Assembly: GCA_949296475.1 (NCBI GenBank)
Contig: CASFOK010000001.1
Coordinates: 20,535 to 84,534 of the forward strand
Length of the DNA stretch: 64,000 nt
Source: an uncultured Pseudomonadota bacterium
Lineage (GTDB): Bacteria; Pseudomonadota; Alphaproteobacteria; Rs-D84
Direction: 5' to 3'
The position numbers and the translations under genes are program-made. The notes under the pieces were generated by a model. That model was not told the DNA's origin and searched no databases. It saw only the letters and a list, made by a program, of their open reading frames with translations. Positions 49,013-59,456 of the stretch are shown piece after piece. Position 1 is the stretch's first letter. Each line of letters opens with the position of its first letter.

Positions 49013-49696
49013 TTATTTTTTATAGACAACGCCATAATTACATCTATCAGACGGATATAATCTGGTGTATTTCCAGATATACATCTTTAACATATCTGTA
49101 AAATGAAACGTTGAGAAAAACGGTGGATAAGTTTGATACCAGCGATATATTTCATAGGCTTTTATGTTGCCGACCTGTTGTTGTTGGGCTGCACAAAAAT
49201 AATTACCAAGCGTTTCCGGATAGTAAGGTCGTACATGGTCTATGTCATTGTAAAAAGTCTTGCAAAATAATAAAGACTTTATGATGACGATACCGCCCGG
49301 TTTTGTAACGCGGAATAATTCATGCAAGACATTTGTTATGTCTGGGTATCCAAAGTGTTCTATGACATGGCTTGCGATAACAATATCAAAAGTTTCATCC
49401 GGGTATTGTATGTTTCTTAAATCTGATATTTTTGCATTATAACCGTTCCTAGTTGCGTTTTCTACCAAGTCTGGATTTACGTCTATGCCGAATAATTCCA
49501 GTTGTTCTAAGTTGGCGTTTTTTATCAGGTTCAGATTGTCGCCCAGACCGCAAACAGCATCCAGCAGTTTGCCAGATGTTGTATTTTTCATATGTTGTGT
49601 AATTACTTTCAGTAATTGTTTATCTTCTTTTATATTTCCGGGCCTGTTCCATTTGATGATAAGTTGCCACATTTTTTGTTCAATCTTTTTTGACAT
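49013..49696 (-). CDS. class I SAM-dependent methyltransferase
   Basis: LLDAVCGLGDN motif I and VIASHVIEHF. Confidence 0.7.
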   Translation of the reverse strand: MSKKIEQKMWQLIIKWNRPGNIKEDKQLLKVITQHMKNTTSGKLLDAVCGLGDNLNLIKNANLEQLELFGIDVNPDLVENATRNGYNAKISDLRNIQYPDETFDIVIASHVIEHFGYPDITNVLHELFRVTKPGGIVIIKSLLFCKTFYNDIDHVRPYYPETLGNYFCAAQQQQVGNIKAYEIYRWYQTYPPFFSTFHFTDMLKMYIWKYTRLYPSDRCNYGVVYKK

Positions 49697-49700
49697 GTTA

Positions 49701-50912
49701 TCATTCCTTTGTCATGCTTGTTATGATTTTAGTCCAACGGCTTACCCATATTTTCTTGTCAAAAGCCTGGGCGACGGCAATCGCGTTTTTTGATAATTTG
49801 TCTTGCAGTTGTTTATCTGCTAGCACTTTATCTAAGGCCTGCATTAACTCTTTACCGTTTGGGTTAATTAATAATCCATTAAAACCATCTATGATTAAGT
49901 CGGGTAATCCACCTATGTTTGTAGCGATAACGACGTTCCCTGCACTTTGGGCTTCCAGACACGATAAAGACGTTCCTTCGGCATATAATGTAGGAACTAA
50001 TGATATATCAGTTTCCTGATATATTTTAGGCATTTCATCAGGTAATACGGCGCAATGTGTTACGCGGCCGGGGAACTTTTCTATTAATCTTTGCATGTCT
50101 TTGTTAATGGCGTCTCCGTGTGCAAAGCCGACAAAGCGAAATTCAACGTTCGGGTATTTTTCCATTATAGGCGGCAAGGCCGCTGACATCAGCCAATAAC
50201 CTCTTTCTGGTGATGCGCGTCTTGGAAAAGTTATGTGTATTTTATTGCCTTTATTGGTTGTTTTGCTGGGGGTATAAAGTTTAGTGTCTACGTAATTTGG
50301 AACATAGTGCGCATCAAAATCTTTCATGGTCTTTGAAAAGGTTGTCCGTATCCAAGATATCGTATTAGTATCAACAGATACGAATTTATCTACATCAGAA
50401 AAAATATTAAATATTTCATGTGGTTTTACGTCCCAATGGTGTGTGTCCCAAGTAACGCCATGCGATATTAAAATATTAGGGTGTAATTTGCGGCCCCAAT
50501 ACATCGCACCAGAATAAATTACAAACTTGTATTTATAAAAAAATCCTATTGTTTCGGTATAGTTTTTAACAGGCAGACCAAAAATGCGCAGGTTACCAAC
50601 TTGCCTTTCCCACAAGCCAGAATCATTGTTACCCATTTGAATTAAAATGGGGGTGTATCCACAAGATATTAAAATATCTGCTAAATCTGTTACATATCTT
50701 TCGGCACCGCCGTTATAGCATTTATCACCATATATGTCATACATTTGGTATTGAAATATCAACACCGCGTTTTCATCGTATTTTGATTGTACTAAATTTA
50801 CCAACGCTTTTATTTTAGGTTCTTTTATTTTGCGTTCTATATATTTACGTAGCGGTCGGACGGTCACGACGTCACGAATAATACGAAAACCTTTTTTAAA
50901 TATTTTTATCAT
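49701..50912 (-). CDS. glycosyltransferase family 4 (GT-B)
   Basis: EGTSLSCLEAQSAG E-x7-E motif. Confidence 0.75.
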   Translation of the reverse strand: MIKIFKKGFRIIRDVVTVRPLRKYIERKIKEPKIKALVNLVQSKYDENAVLIFQYQMYDIYGDKCYNGGAERYVTDLADILISCGYTPILIQMGNNDSGLWERQVGNLRIFGLPVKNYTETIGFFYKYKFVIYSGAMYWGRKLHPNILISHGVTWDTHHWDVKPHEIFNIFSDVDKFVSVDTNTISWIRTTFSKTMKDFDAHYVPNYVDTKLYTPSKTTNKGNKIHITFPRRASPERGYWLMSAALPPIMEKYPNVEFRFVGFAHGDAINKDMQRLIEKFPGRVTHCAVLPDEMPKIYQETDISLVPTLYAEGTSLSCLEAQSAGNVVIATNIGGLPDLIIDGFNGLLINPNGKELMQALDKVLADKQLQDKLSKNAIAVAQAFDKKIWVSRWTKIITSMTKE

Positions 50913-51712
50913 CAGTTGCTTCCTTTGTGTTTTTGAATTGTTTTATATATTTGTAAATACAATTTATCGCCGTTAATTAAGGCATTAAGAACCTTCCAGA
51001 AATTAAATATTTCTGTGATTTTTACGTTTGTATCAAGAATTGATAAGGCGTGTTTATAAGAAACGTTATCCTGTTCTTGGGATACGTTTTTCGTATAAAA
51101 TTGATATCTGCGTTGTTTATCGTTATCGCGTAGATAAGCCAAGTGTATTTTAGGAATATTTATATCTATGTTCTTGGTTATGTCTGTTGAAGATGGGTAT
51201 GGTGGCATATGTAAAGCACTGCCTTTTGGATTAAAAGGTGTGTCAATATACCTGATAATTCTGACGTCGGATTGTTGGGGCGACCAAAAACCATCTGTTC
51301 TGTATCCGTTTTCGTTCCACATATCCAGACAAGATACTTTTATTACCTGCGCATCGGGCCATTTATTAGATAATAATTTACGTTTGATACTTGTAAGATG
51401 TTCGTCATAAAATTCGTCTGCATCAACTATTAAAATCCAGTCGCCCGGTTGTGCGACATTACGTGTATACTCCCAAAGTTCGCTGCGCAATGCCGGCTCG
51501 TTTGTGCGAAACAAAGAAGTACGACGTCTATGTAACTCGCCAGGATGTTTTTTAAGATGCTCTGTAATAATCTGTGGTGTATTATCCGTAGAGGCATCAT
51601 CCAAAAAAATATGGTAGTCTGCAATTTTTCCTATGTTTTTTAACCAATCGCGAAGGTAATTATTTTCTTCGTTTTTTATTATTGTTATTGCTATTAAGCG
51701 GTTTTTATGCAT
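50912..51712 (-). CDS. glycosyltransferase (GT2-like, DxD)
   Basis: IAITIIKNEE...FLDDASTDNT...VDADEF. Confidence 0.6.
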   Translation of the reverse strand: MHKNRLIAITIIKNEENNYLRDWLKNIGKIADYHIFLDDASTDNTPQIITEHLKKHPGELHRRRTSLFRTNEPALRSELWEYTRNVAQPGDWILIVDADEFYDEHLTSIKRKLLSNKWPDAQVIKVSCLDMWNENGYRTDGFWSPQQSDVRIIRYIDTPFNPKGSALHMPPYPSSTDITKNIDINIPKIHLAYLRDNDKQRRYQFYTKNVSQEQDNVSYKHALSILDTNVKITEIFNFWKVLNALINGDKLYLQIYKTIQKHKGSN

Positions 51713-52823
51713 TAAAGAACCTCTTGATTATAGGGGTAATTTTCTGCGCAGCCTTTCCGTCACCGTATGGGTTTTTGCTGCCGTCTAGTCTGGTATCTGA
51801 TTTCGGGACCGATAAAATGCGTGAAGATTCTGAAATGATTTTGTCTTTATCCGCGCCGACCAATTTGGCAAAGCCTGCTGAAACCCCTTCGGTTCTTTCG
51901 GTTTCATAACGCATAACCAATACGGGCGTGCCGAATGTAGGTGCTTCTTCTTGTATACCGCCTGAATCAGTTAAAACCAGTTTAGCGTTTTTCATTATGC
52001 AAACAAGTTCTGGGTAATCCAGTGGTTGCGTTAAAATGACGTTTGGTATATTACCCAGTGCGTTATGTACTTTGTCGTGTACGTTTGGGTTTGGATGTAC
52101 GGGAAGTACAAATTGATGGTCAGGAAATTTATATGTTAACTCTATAATCGCGGAAATAATGTTGTCCAGTCTTGTGCCGTGATTTTCGCGTCTGTGTGCC
52201 GTTATTAACACCAGTTTGTCATCAAGTTTTATTCCGATTTCGGATAAATTTTTGCGGGCAGTATCAATTGTGTTGGCAGATAAACAAGACAAGGCGTCAA
52301 TAACAGTGTTACCGGTTACTGTTATTTTGCTTTCATCTATACCTTCGCTTACCAAAAAGTTATATGCCAGTTGTGTAGGCGCGAAATGTAAATCCGTTAT
52401 TCGTGATGTCATTTGTCGCATTGCTTCTTCGGGGAAGGGCTCAAACAAGTCATGTGAACGCAAACCTGCTTCTACGTGAAAAACGGGAATGCGATTATAA
52501 AAAGATACCAAGGCCCCGCAAAAAACCGTCATAGTATCGCCTTGTACGATTGTAGCGTCAAAATGTTGGTGCTGATATATCTCGGACAAGGCGTTTAATA
52601 TTCTGGATTGTACGCCGGCCAATGTTTGATTAGGCCGCATAACGTCAAGATTAAAGTCTGCCTTTAACCCGAAAAAACTAAGCGTTTGATTAGAAAGTTC
52701 TTTTTGTTGTTCTGTGTTACATATAAGCACGTTAAATTCGGGTTTCTTGCGTAGTTCTAATATGACGGGTGCTAACTTTATTGCTTCCGGTCTTGTTCCT
52801 AGGATGACAAGTATGTTTTTCAT
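51705..52823 (-). CDS. wecB: UDP-N-acetylglucosamine 2-epimerase (non-hydrolysing)
   Basis: MKNILVILGTRPEAIKLAPV and full-length similarity. Confidence 0.85.
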   Translation of the reverse strand: MKNILVILGTRPEAIKLAPVILELRKKPEFNVLICNTEQQKELSNQTLSFFGLKADFNLDVMRPNQTLAGVQSRILNALSEIYQHQHFDATIVQGDTMTVFCGALVSFYNRIPVFHVEAGLRSHDLFEPFPEEAMRQMTSRITDLHFAPTQLAYNFLVSEGIDESKITVTGNTVIDALSCLSANTIDTARKNLSEIGIKLDDKLVLITAHRRENHGTRLDNIISAIIELTYKFPDHQFVLPVHPNPNVHDKVHNALGNIPNVILTQPLDYPELVCIMKNAKLVLTDSGGIQEEAPTFGTPVLVMRYETERTEGVSAGFAKLVGADKDKIISESSRILSVPKSDTRLDGSKNPYGDGKAAQKITPIIKRFFNA

Positions 52824-52839
52824 GATAAGAATCCTTTCA

Positions 52840-53721
52840 TTATAGTTTTATTTCCGTGTGTTTTTTTAATTTGCGTCGTAGGTCTGGTTTCCAAAATAAA
52901 ATGGCGTTGATAGATTGACGTACCAGGGTATGACGAATGCCAACCAGACTAAATTCAGATTGTAAAAACCTGTTTCGTAATAAATATTCTAGTTTTTTTC
53001 GTTGCCACCAATTTAAGCGCAGTTTTTTTATCCATTGGTTTTTATATTTATTTTGTATGGCAGCAGTTTTGGCCAGAATTCTTGGCTGTTGCGTCGCGGT
53101 TAAAGATTTTTGATTCTTGCGGTATTGATAAATATTATCGTTTATATAATCTATTTTACCGTTAAGGGCGATACGAACCCAGTAATCATAGTCTTCGGCA
53201 CAGAACATGTCTTCATCATATTTGCCGATTTTATCTGCAATTTCTTTGCGATACATAAAGGCAGCCCCTATGTTGCATGCGTATGCTAACGTTTTGTAGT
53301 TTGTTTGGTCGTTCGGCGATTTAAATGTATCGTAAACATTGCCGTTTTCGTCTATCATGTCCATATTTGCGCTTACCATGTCTGTATCTGGGTGCGCGTC
53401 TAGGTAGTCCGATAAAGTTTGTAACCAGTTCGGCTTGCAAATATTGTCGTCACTTGTCCATGTTAGGTATTTGCCTGTTGCATGCTTGAAACCTACGTTC
53501 AGGCTGCCGGGTAGTTTACGATTTGTTTTGTTATGTATTACATGAATACGTTTATCTTGTTTGGCGTATTTTTCCGCGATCGTCGCAGAGTTATCTGTTG
53601 AACAATCATTAACTATTATCAGTTCCCAGTCTCGCATAGTTTGATTGATGATGGAGTCAAGACTGTCAGATAAAAAGCGCCCGCCGTTATAGCAAGGCAG
53701 AACAATTGATATTTTCGGCAT
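52840..53721 (-). CDS. glycosyltransferase family 2
   Basis: ISIVLPCYNGGRFL...IIVNDCSTDNS. Confidence 0.8.
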   Translation of the reverse strand: MPKISIVLPCYNGGRFLSDSLDSIINQTMRDWELIIVNDCSTDNSATIAEKYAKQDKRIHVIHNKTNRKLPGSLNVGFKHATGKYLTWTSDDNICKPNWLQTLSDYLDAHPDTDMVSANMDMIDENGNVYDTFKSPNDQTNYKTLAYACNIGAAFMYRKEIADKIGKYDEDMFCAEDYDYWVRIALNGKIDYINDNIYQYRKNQKSLTATQQPRILAKTAAIQNKYKNQWIKKLRLNWWQRKKLEYLLRNRFLQSEFSLVGIRHTLVRQSINAILFWKPDLRRKLKKHTEIKL

Positions 53722-54892
53722 TGTTTGCTTCCTTTGAATTAATCGTTTGAAGAATTAAGTCTCGGATATGTTTGGTTATTGTGACCGGTGTAAATCTGTC
53801 TAGTTGTGTTGCGGCTAAGTTTTTCATGGCTTGGCAATCAATATTGTTATGCCAAACTGATGACATCGCTTTTGCTAATTCTGACGAATTTCCGGGTTGA
53901 AATAAAATTCCAGCTTTGCCGTTTAATAATATTTCGGCGTGCCCATTTTTACAATTGGATGCGATATTTAACGTCCCGCATGCTGCGCTTTCTAGTAACA
54001 CCATCCCCAATCCCTCGTTATGACTAGATAAAATATGCGCCAAAGCACCTTTTAGATAGCCAAAAGGTTTTGTCATTGTGCCGGTAAAAAGAATCTTGTT
54101 GGCACAAGGTAAACTGTTGGCATATTGCTTTAATGCTTTTGCATTATCACCATAACCAATTAGGATTAAATTTATATCAGGACAGTTTTCCTTTGTATAA
54201 AATTCATTAAAAGCCTTGATTATTGTGGATATGTCTTTGTCGTGATCCAATCTGGACAGTGCGCAAAAATATTTGCCAGAAAATGTGGAAAGTTTTTTTG
54301 CTTCTTTTTGAACAGATTCTATATCTATCGGATTATAAATATGTGTAATTTTGTTTTTATGTTGTGGATATTGCGACCGAAAGTCACGCATAAAACTTTT
54401 CGTCAGACAGACGATTTTATCATAGATTGTAAAATACTGCTTACAGGTTGTTTCATTAAAATAATTAATAGACCCGTGTATCCAAGCGATTTTTGGTTTG
54501 TTTATATTTTTTAGTATTTTGGCAAACGAACAATTTTTATAATCAATGATAATATCGCAGTTATTAAACAAGCCTCTTTTTATAGCCTGTTTATTTTTTG
54601 CTTTTTTGTATAATCCGTACACTATTTTGCGAATGTTTGACAGCGGAAACCACGGCATATATTTTTTGGCACGTTCAAATATATGACCTTTTGGATATAA
54701 AATGTATAGTTTAATGTTTTTGTGTTCTGTGAACCATTCTTGATAAAAGGGTTCTTCAAGTTTTTTTTGCATCACTACGATGATGTTAAAATCCTTGTTT
54801 TCCGACAAGTTTTTTAATATTTGTATGAAAACAGATTCTACGCCCCCGATGACCATTTCCGGGATGCAAAATATAATTTTTATTTGTGGCAT
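53687..54892 (-). CDS. glycosyltransferase family 4 (GT-B)
   Basis: EGLGMVLLESAACGT motif. First gene of the minus-strand glycan operon. Confidence 0.7.
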   Translation of the reverse strand: MPQIKIIFCIPEMVIGGVESVFIQILKNLSENKDFNIIVVMQKKLEEPFYQEWFTEHKNIKLYILYPKGHIFERAKKYMPWFPLSNIRKIVYGLYKKAKNKQAIKRGLFNNCDIIIDYKNCSFAKILKNINKPKIAWIHGSINYFNETTCKQYFTIYDKIVCLTKSFMRDFRSQYPQHKNKITHIYNPIDIESVQKEAKKLSTFSGKYFCALSRLDHDKDISTIIKAFNEFYTKENCPDINLILIGYGDNAKALKQYANSLPCANKILFTGTMTKPFGYLKGALAHILSSHNEGLGMVLLESAACGTLNIASNCKNGHAEILLNGKAGILFQPGNSSELAKAMSSVWHNNIDCQAMKNLAATQLDRFTPVTITKHIRDLILQTINSKEANNAENINCSALL

Positions 54893-55109
54893 TTATGTAC
54901 CTCTTGATACAATAAATGCCCCGTGAAACAGGGAAAATACATCATGTTATGTTCCTTTGCGTTTGAAGACAAAGCAGTACAAAGTTACATTGTACTGAAC
55001 AATAGCATAGTATAGTATTTAATTAATCGCAAGCAAAAATAAAAACAATTGATAAAGGCTGTATTGTTTGTTATTCTTGATATTATTATAATGATATAAA
55101 GGATTTTTT

Positions 55110-56069
55110 ATGGCTATCAAGGTTCGCGATTACGAAGTGCGTTTAACCAGAAATAAAGACGAACGTCGGCAGGTTCGTCAGTTAAGATATTCTGTTTTTG
55201 TTGAGGAAGAAGGGGCGAATGCCACCGAAGAACAAAAGAACCTTCGCGAAGAATATGATGCGTATGACAGTTTTGCAGAATATATGGCGGTTTTTCATAA
55301 CGGCAAGATTGTCGGTACTTACAGAATCATTGACCGAAACGCCGCGGAAAAGATGGGCGGTTTTTATACGGAATCTGAGTTTAATATATCAAAGATAAAA
55401 CGTTATAACGGTAATATTGCCGAAATGTCACGTGCATGCGTCGCCAAAGAATATCGTGAAAATGCGTTGGTTATGCGAATGTTGTGGGCAGGGTTGGGTG
55501 AATACGTTGTTCGTCGTAAGATTATGATATTATTTGGCGTTGCGTCTTGGGTTGGCTCCAAACCTGTTGAGTCTGCCCAGGCAATATCTTATTTATATTA
55601 TAACCACTTATCGCCGTTGAATTTACGTGCAACTGTTTTGTCAGAAAATTTTGCCGATGGGGTAAATCCGAAGTTATCCAGAATGAATATTTTGCCAAAA
55701 GATTTTGTGTATGAAGAAGATGCACGCCGTCAAATGACGCCGTTGGTAAAGGGGTATTTGCGTTTGGGGGCTACGTTTGGCAAGGGGGTTTTTATAGATA
55801 AACCTTTTAATTCATACGATGTGTTTGTAATGTTGCAGACCAAGAAAATAGACGCTGCGTATCAAAAGCATTTCTTGGGGCGTGAAAACGCATTGGCGCA
55901 TTTGGACGAAAAAGACGGACCGATAAAAACTTTGGGTAAGATAATGTTATTCCCTGTGACGGGGTCGTTTAAGGTTGTTCGTGCGTTCTTGGAATTCTTG
56001 TTGCGCGAAGATGCGGCTGACGCTGAATATATTGAAGATTCAAAAGAAAACGAAGGCGAAGAATTATAA
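55110..56069 (+). CDS. olsB: ornithine-acyl-ACP N-acyltransferase (OlsB, GNAT-fold hemolysin-like family)
   Basis: Family resemblance, plus 1-nt overlapped coupling to a PlsC-type acyltransferase (the classical olsBA arrangement). Confidence 0.65.
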   Translation: MAIKVRDYEVRLTRNKDERRQVRQLRYSVFVEEEGANATEEQKNLREEYDAYDSFAEYMAVFHNGKIVGTYRIIDRNAAEKMGGFYTESEFNISKIKRYNGNIAEMSRACVAKEYRENALVMRMLWAGLGEYVVRRKIMILFGVASWVGSKPVESAQAISYLYYNHLSPLNLRATVLSENFADGVNPKLSRMNILPKDFVYEEDARRQMTPLVKGYLRLGATFGKGVFIDKPFNSYDVFVMLQTKKIDAAYQKHFLGRENALAHLDEKDGPIKTLGKIMLFPVTGSFKVVRAFLEFLLREDAADAEYIEDSKENEGEEL

Positions 56070-56890
56070 TGGTCGGGGTCAGAAAGCAAAACATTTTTAA
56101 TACTATTGGCGCAGCGATAAAGTTTATAACTTTTTGGTTGTTGGTGGTGGTACAGTTGCCGATTATTTTCTTGTTGCCGCGCGGTCGTGCGTCTGTTTGG
56201 TATATGAAAATATTTATGAAGATTTTACTGATATTGGCAGGAATCAAAATAGAAGTTCACGGCAAATTGGTAAAGCATAGACCTTTATTAGTGGTAAGTA
56301 ATCATATTTCTATTTTTGAAATTGCAACATTTCCTGTTGCCTTTGGAGGCAGTTTTATAGCAAAGAAAGAAATGGAATCTTGGCCGTTGGTTGGTTGGGT
56401 TGCTAAAAAATTCGGTGTAATTTTCATAGACCGCAGACCTTCACATGCTTTGGACGCGTTAAAGCTGGTCAAAGATACAGTTGCAAATGTTAAGTATCCT
56501 ATGTTTTTATTCCCCGAAGGAACCACTACAAACGGTGCATATGTGAAACAATTTAAAAGTACGTTGTTTAATTTCATAGAAGGTTCAAACGTTGTCGTGC
56601 AACCGATGGCAATGCACTATCGTTTTCGTGATGGCGGGGTTATTAGTGACGAAGATTTAGCGGAACATTTTGCATACTTTAATAATTCTAATCAGGATAT
56701 GGGGCCAAGTTGCACGCGCGAACGCAGTGCTTTTGGGCAGGTTTTTCATATAATGGTATTGGGCGGATTCAAAGTAGAAATAACTGTTATGCCACCACCC
56801 CCGTTGGTGGGGTTGAATAGAAAGCAGATTGCAGAAACTCTGCACGAAATAGTTTCTGATAAATATATGGAATTAAAAGACGAACGATAA
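56069..56890 (+). CDS. olsA: lyso-ornithine lipid O-acyltransferase (PlsC family)
   Basis: NHISIFE (HxxxxD-like) and FPEGTT motifs. Confidence 0.7.
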   Translation: MVGVRKQNIFNTIGAAIKFITFWLLVVVQLPIIFLLPRGRASVWYMKIFMKILLILAGIKIEVHGKLVKHRPLLVVSNHISIFEIATFPVAFGGSFIAKKEMESWPLVGWVAKKFGVIFIDRRPSHALDALKLVKDTVANVKYPMFLFPEGTTTNGAYVKQFKSTLFNFIEGSNVVVQPMAMHYRFRDGGVISDEDLAEHFAYFNNSNQDMGPSCTRERSAFGQVFHIMVLGGFKVEITVMPPPPLVGLNRKQIAETLHEIVSDKYMELKDER

Positions 56891-56911
56891 AAAAGAAAGA
56901 GAATTAAAATT

Positions 56912-58348
56912 ATGAAAACAGCGATTACACCGACACGTGCGGAAAATTTTAGTGAATGGTATCAAAGTTTAATTGTCGCGGCGGATTTGGCAGAAAATGC
57001 TCCTGTTCGTGGTTGTATGACGATAAAACCTTATGGTTGGGCGATATGGGAATTGATGCGCGATGAAATGGATAAGCGTATAAAGGCGTGTGGCGTTCAG
57101 AATGCAAATTTCCCGTTATTGATACCTATTGATTTCTTTAATAAGGAAGCAGAGCACGTTGCGGGTTTTGCAAAAGAATGCGCCGTTGTAACGCATCACA
57201 GGTTAAAGATGATAGACGGTAAGTTGCAGCCAGACCCAGATTCTAAATTGACAGAACCGTATATTATTCGTCCGACTTCTGAAACCATAATAGGCGAGGC
57301 AATGTCGCGTTGGGTACAAAGTTATCGTGACTTGCCGTTAAAATTAAATCAATGGGTGAACGTAATGCGCTGGGAAATGCGTCCAAGATTGTTCTTGCGC
57401 ACATCAGAGTTTAACTGGCAAGAAGGGCATAACGTTTTCGCCACGCACGAAGAGGCAAACGCAGACGCACGAAAAATGCATAAGATGTACGGTGACTATA
57501 TGCGCGAGGTTTTGGCGATTCCTTCTGTTATGGGTGAAAAGACCGCCGAAGAACGTTTTGCAGGTGCAGACCATACATATACCTTGGAGCATATTATGCA
57601 AGACGGCAAGGCCTTGCAGGCTGGTACATCGCACGATTTAGGACAACATTTTTCTAAATCTTTTGGAATACAATTTTTGGGTACAGATGGTAAACTGCAA
57701 CATGCATGGACGACATCTTGGGGAACTACGACCAGGATGATGGGCAGTTTGTTCATGATACATTCTGATGATGACGGTTTGGTTTTGCCGCCGGCAGTTG
57801 CGCCTTACCAGATTGTAATCATACCTATTATTCGTGAAGAAAATGCAGATGTATTGAATGCGTTTGCTGAAACAGTCGGTCAGCAGTTGCGTGATAACGG
57901 AATAAGGGTTCTCGTAGATACTTCTGATATGCGTGCGCCGGACAAGATGTGGAAATGGATAAAGCGCGGTGTGCCATTACGTGTTGAGATCGGGGCGCGT
58001 GAAATGGAATCTGATTCCGTAACGATAACTCGTCGTGATTTAGGTAAAGGGTCCAAGCGTACTATATCTGTGTCCGATTTAATGAAAGAAGCAAATGATA
58101 TTCTAAGTCAGATACAGGTTGATATGTACAACGCAGCAGCAGCCCGCAATAAGAAAATGATAAAAGATGTTGCGGATTTGGCGGCATTGGAATCTGCCTT
58201 GGAAAAGGGAGAAATAGGATTTTTCCGTATAAAGTATGACCTGACGAAGAATGAAATGTTTGACGCTTTGATGGAAAAGTACAAGATATCGCGTCGTTGT
58301 TTAGATGACAACGATCCGACATATGTATTCGTTGCAAAGTCTTATTAA
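56912..58348 (+). CDS. proS: proline--tRNA ligase, archaeal/eukaryote-like type. It has no bacterial INS editing domain, and its C-terminal extension ends in Tyr.
   Basis: FSEWYQSLIVAADLAE...VRGCMTIKPYGWAIWE and the C-terminal ...YVFVAKSY resemble Thermus-type ProRS. Confidence 0.85.
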   Translation: MKTAITPTRAENFSEWYQSLIVAADLAENAPVRGCMTIKPYGWAIWELMRDEMDKRIKACGVQNANFPLLIPIDFFNKEAEHVAGFAKECAVVTHHRLKMIDGKLQPDPDSKLTEPYIIRPTSETIIGEAMSRWVQSYRDLPLKLNQWVNVMRWEMRPRLFLRTSEFNWQEGHNVFATHEEANADARKMHKMYGDYMREVLAIPSVMGEKTAEERFAGADHTYTLEHIMQDGKALQAGTSHDLGQHFSKSFGIQFLGTDGKLQHAWTTSWGTTTRMMGSLFMIHSDDDGLVLPPAVAPYQIVIIPIIREENADVLNAFAETVGQQLRDNGIRVLVDTSDMRAPDKMWKWIKRGVPLRVEIGAREMESDSVTITRRDLGKGSKRTISVSDLMKEANDILSQIQVDMYNAAAARNKKMIKDVADLAALESALEKGEIGFFRIKYDLTKNEMFDALMEKYKISRRCLDDNDPTYVFVAKSY

Positions 58349-58351
58349 AAA

Positions 58352-58374
58352 ACGGGGCATGTCCCCGTTTTTTA
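58352..58374 (+). terminator. rho-independent terminator after proS
   Basis: aacgggg-catgt-ccccgtt followed by T6. Confidence 0.7.
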
Positions 58375-58412
58375 TGATATAATTAGTTCGTTATATAAAA
58401 AAAGGAAGAGAG

Positions 58413-59345
58413 ATGAAAATAGCAATCATAGGTGTTGGTACGGTTGGTTCTGCGGTTGCAACGGCGGTTAAAAACACGGGGTTCGTGCACGAGATAGTTT
58501 TATTTGACCGTGATGGTATACGTGCACGTGCGGCAGCGGAAGATTTAGGTCATGCGGCAAGTTTTGGGTTTGACGTCAAAATATCCGCGGTCAGTAATTA
58601 TCGCGGTATTCGTGGCAGCGATATCGTCATTATTTCTGCCGGGGCAAATCAGAAACCCGGTGAAACGCGTACCGATTTGTTAAACAAAAATGTTGCGGTT
58701 ATTGAAGACATCGTGCCAAGGGTAATGGCAAATGTTGACGCCAAGAAGGTAAAAATAATCGTCGTAACAAATCCTTTGGACGTATTGGTTATGTTAACAC
58801 AAAAGATATCTAAGTTGCCTGCCACGCGTGTGATAGGAACTGGAACAATGCTGGATTCTGCGCGTTTGCGGACTATATTATCGCGTCAGTTATCGGTATC
58901 TACACAATCCATTTGTGCGCAAGTCTTTGGCGAGCACGGTGACAGCAGTGTTGTTGCTTGGTCTGGTGTAAACGTTGGTGGTTTTTCACTTGATGAATTC
59001 TGTAAACAGTTAAAAATTTCTTTGCCGGTAACTACAAGAAACACGATTTCGCATCGTGTACATAATGCTGCGTATGAAATTATACAGGGGCGTGGTGCTA
59101 CTTGGGACGGCATAGGTGCAGCAGTGGCGGACTTATTGCGTTGCATAATAAATGACGAAAGGCGGATTTTAACTGTCAGTTGTGTCGCTGACGGTCAGAA
59201 CGCTGTGGCTATGTCTTTGCCGCGCGTCATAGGGGCAATGGGTGTCGTTGCAACGCTGAACCCTAAGTTGTCATCGGACGAGTCTGCTGCACTACGAAAA
59301 AGCGCAAAAATAATTAAAAAAAATTATGACAGTATAGGAAAATAA
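58413..59345 (+). CDS. ldh: L-lactate dehydrogenase
   Basis: GAGANQKPGETR substrate loop (Gln at the LDH-specific position) and GEHGDS motif. Confidence 0.8.
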   Translation: MKIAIIGVGTVGSAVATAVKNTGFVHEIVLFDRDGIRARAAAEDLGHAASFGFDVKISAVSNYRGIRGSDIVIISAGANQKPGETRTDLLNKNVAVIEDIVPRVMANVDAKKVKIIVVTNPLDVLVMLTQKISKLPATRVIGTGTMLDSARLRTILSRQLSVSTQSICAQVFGEHGDSSVVAWSGVNVGGFSLDEFCKQLKISLPVTTRNTISHRVHNAAYEIIQGRGATWDGIGAAVADLLRCIINDERRILTVSCVADGQNAVAMSLPRVIGAMGVVATLNPKLSSDESAALRKSAKIIKKNYDSIGK

Positions 59346-59357
59346 ACAAAAGATAAA

Positions 59358-59384
59358 AACGGGGCGCAAAGCCCCGTTTTCCGC
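59358..59384 (+). terminator. rho-independent terminator after ldh
   Basis: cggggcgcaaagccccgtttt. Confidence 0.7.
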
Positions 59385-59456
59385 GGATAAGAATCATATT
59401 TATACATATATTTTTGTGTGTTATAATCTGCAATAAGAACAGCAAGGATTTGAGAA

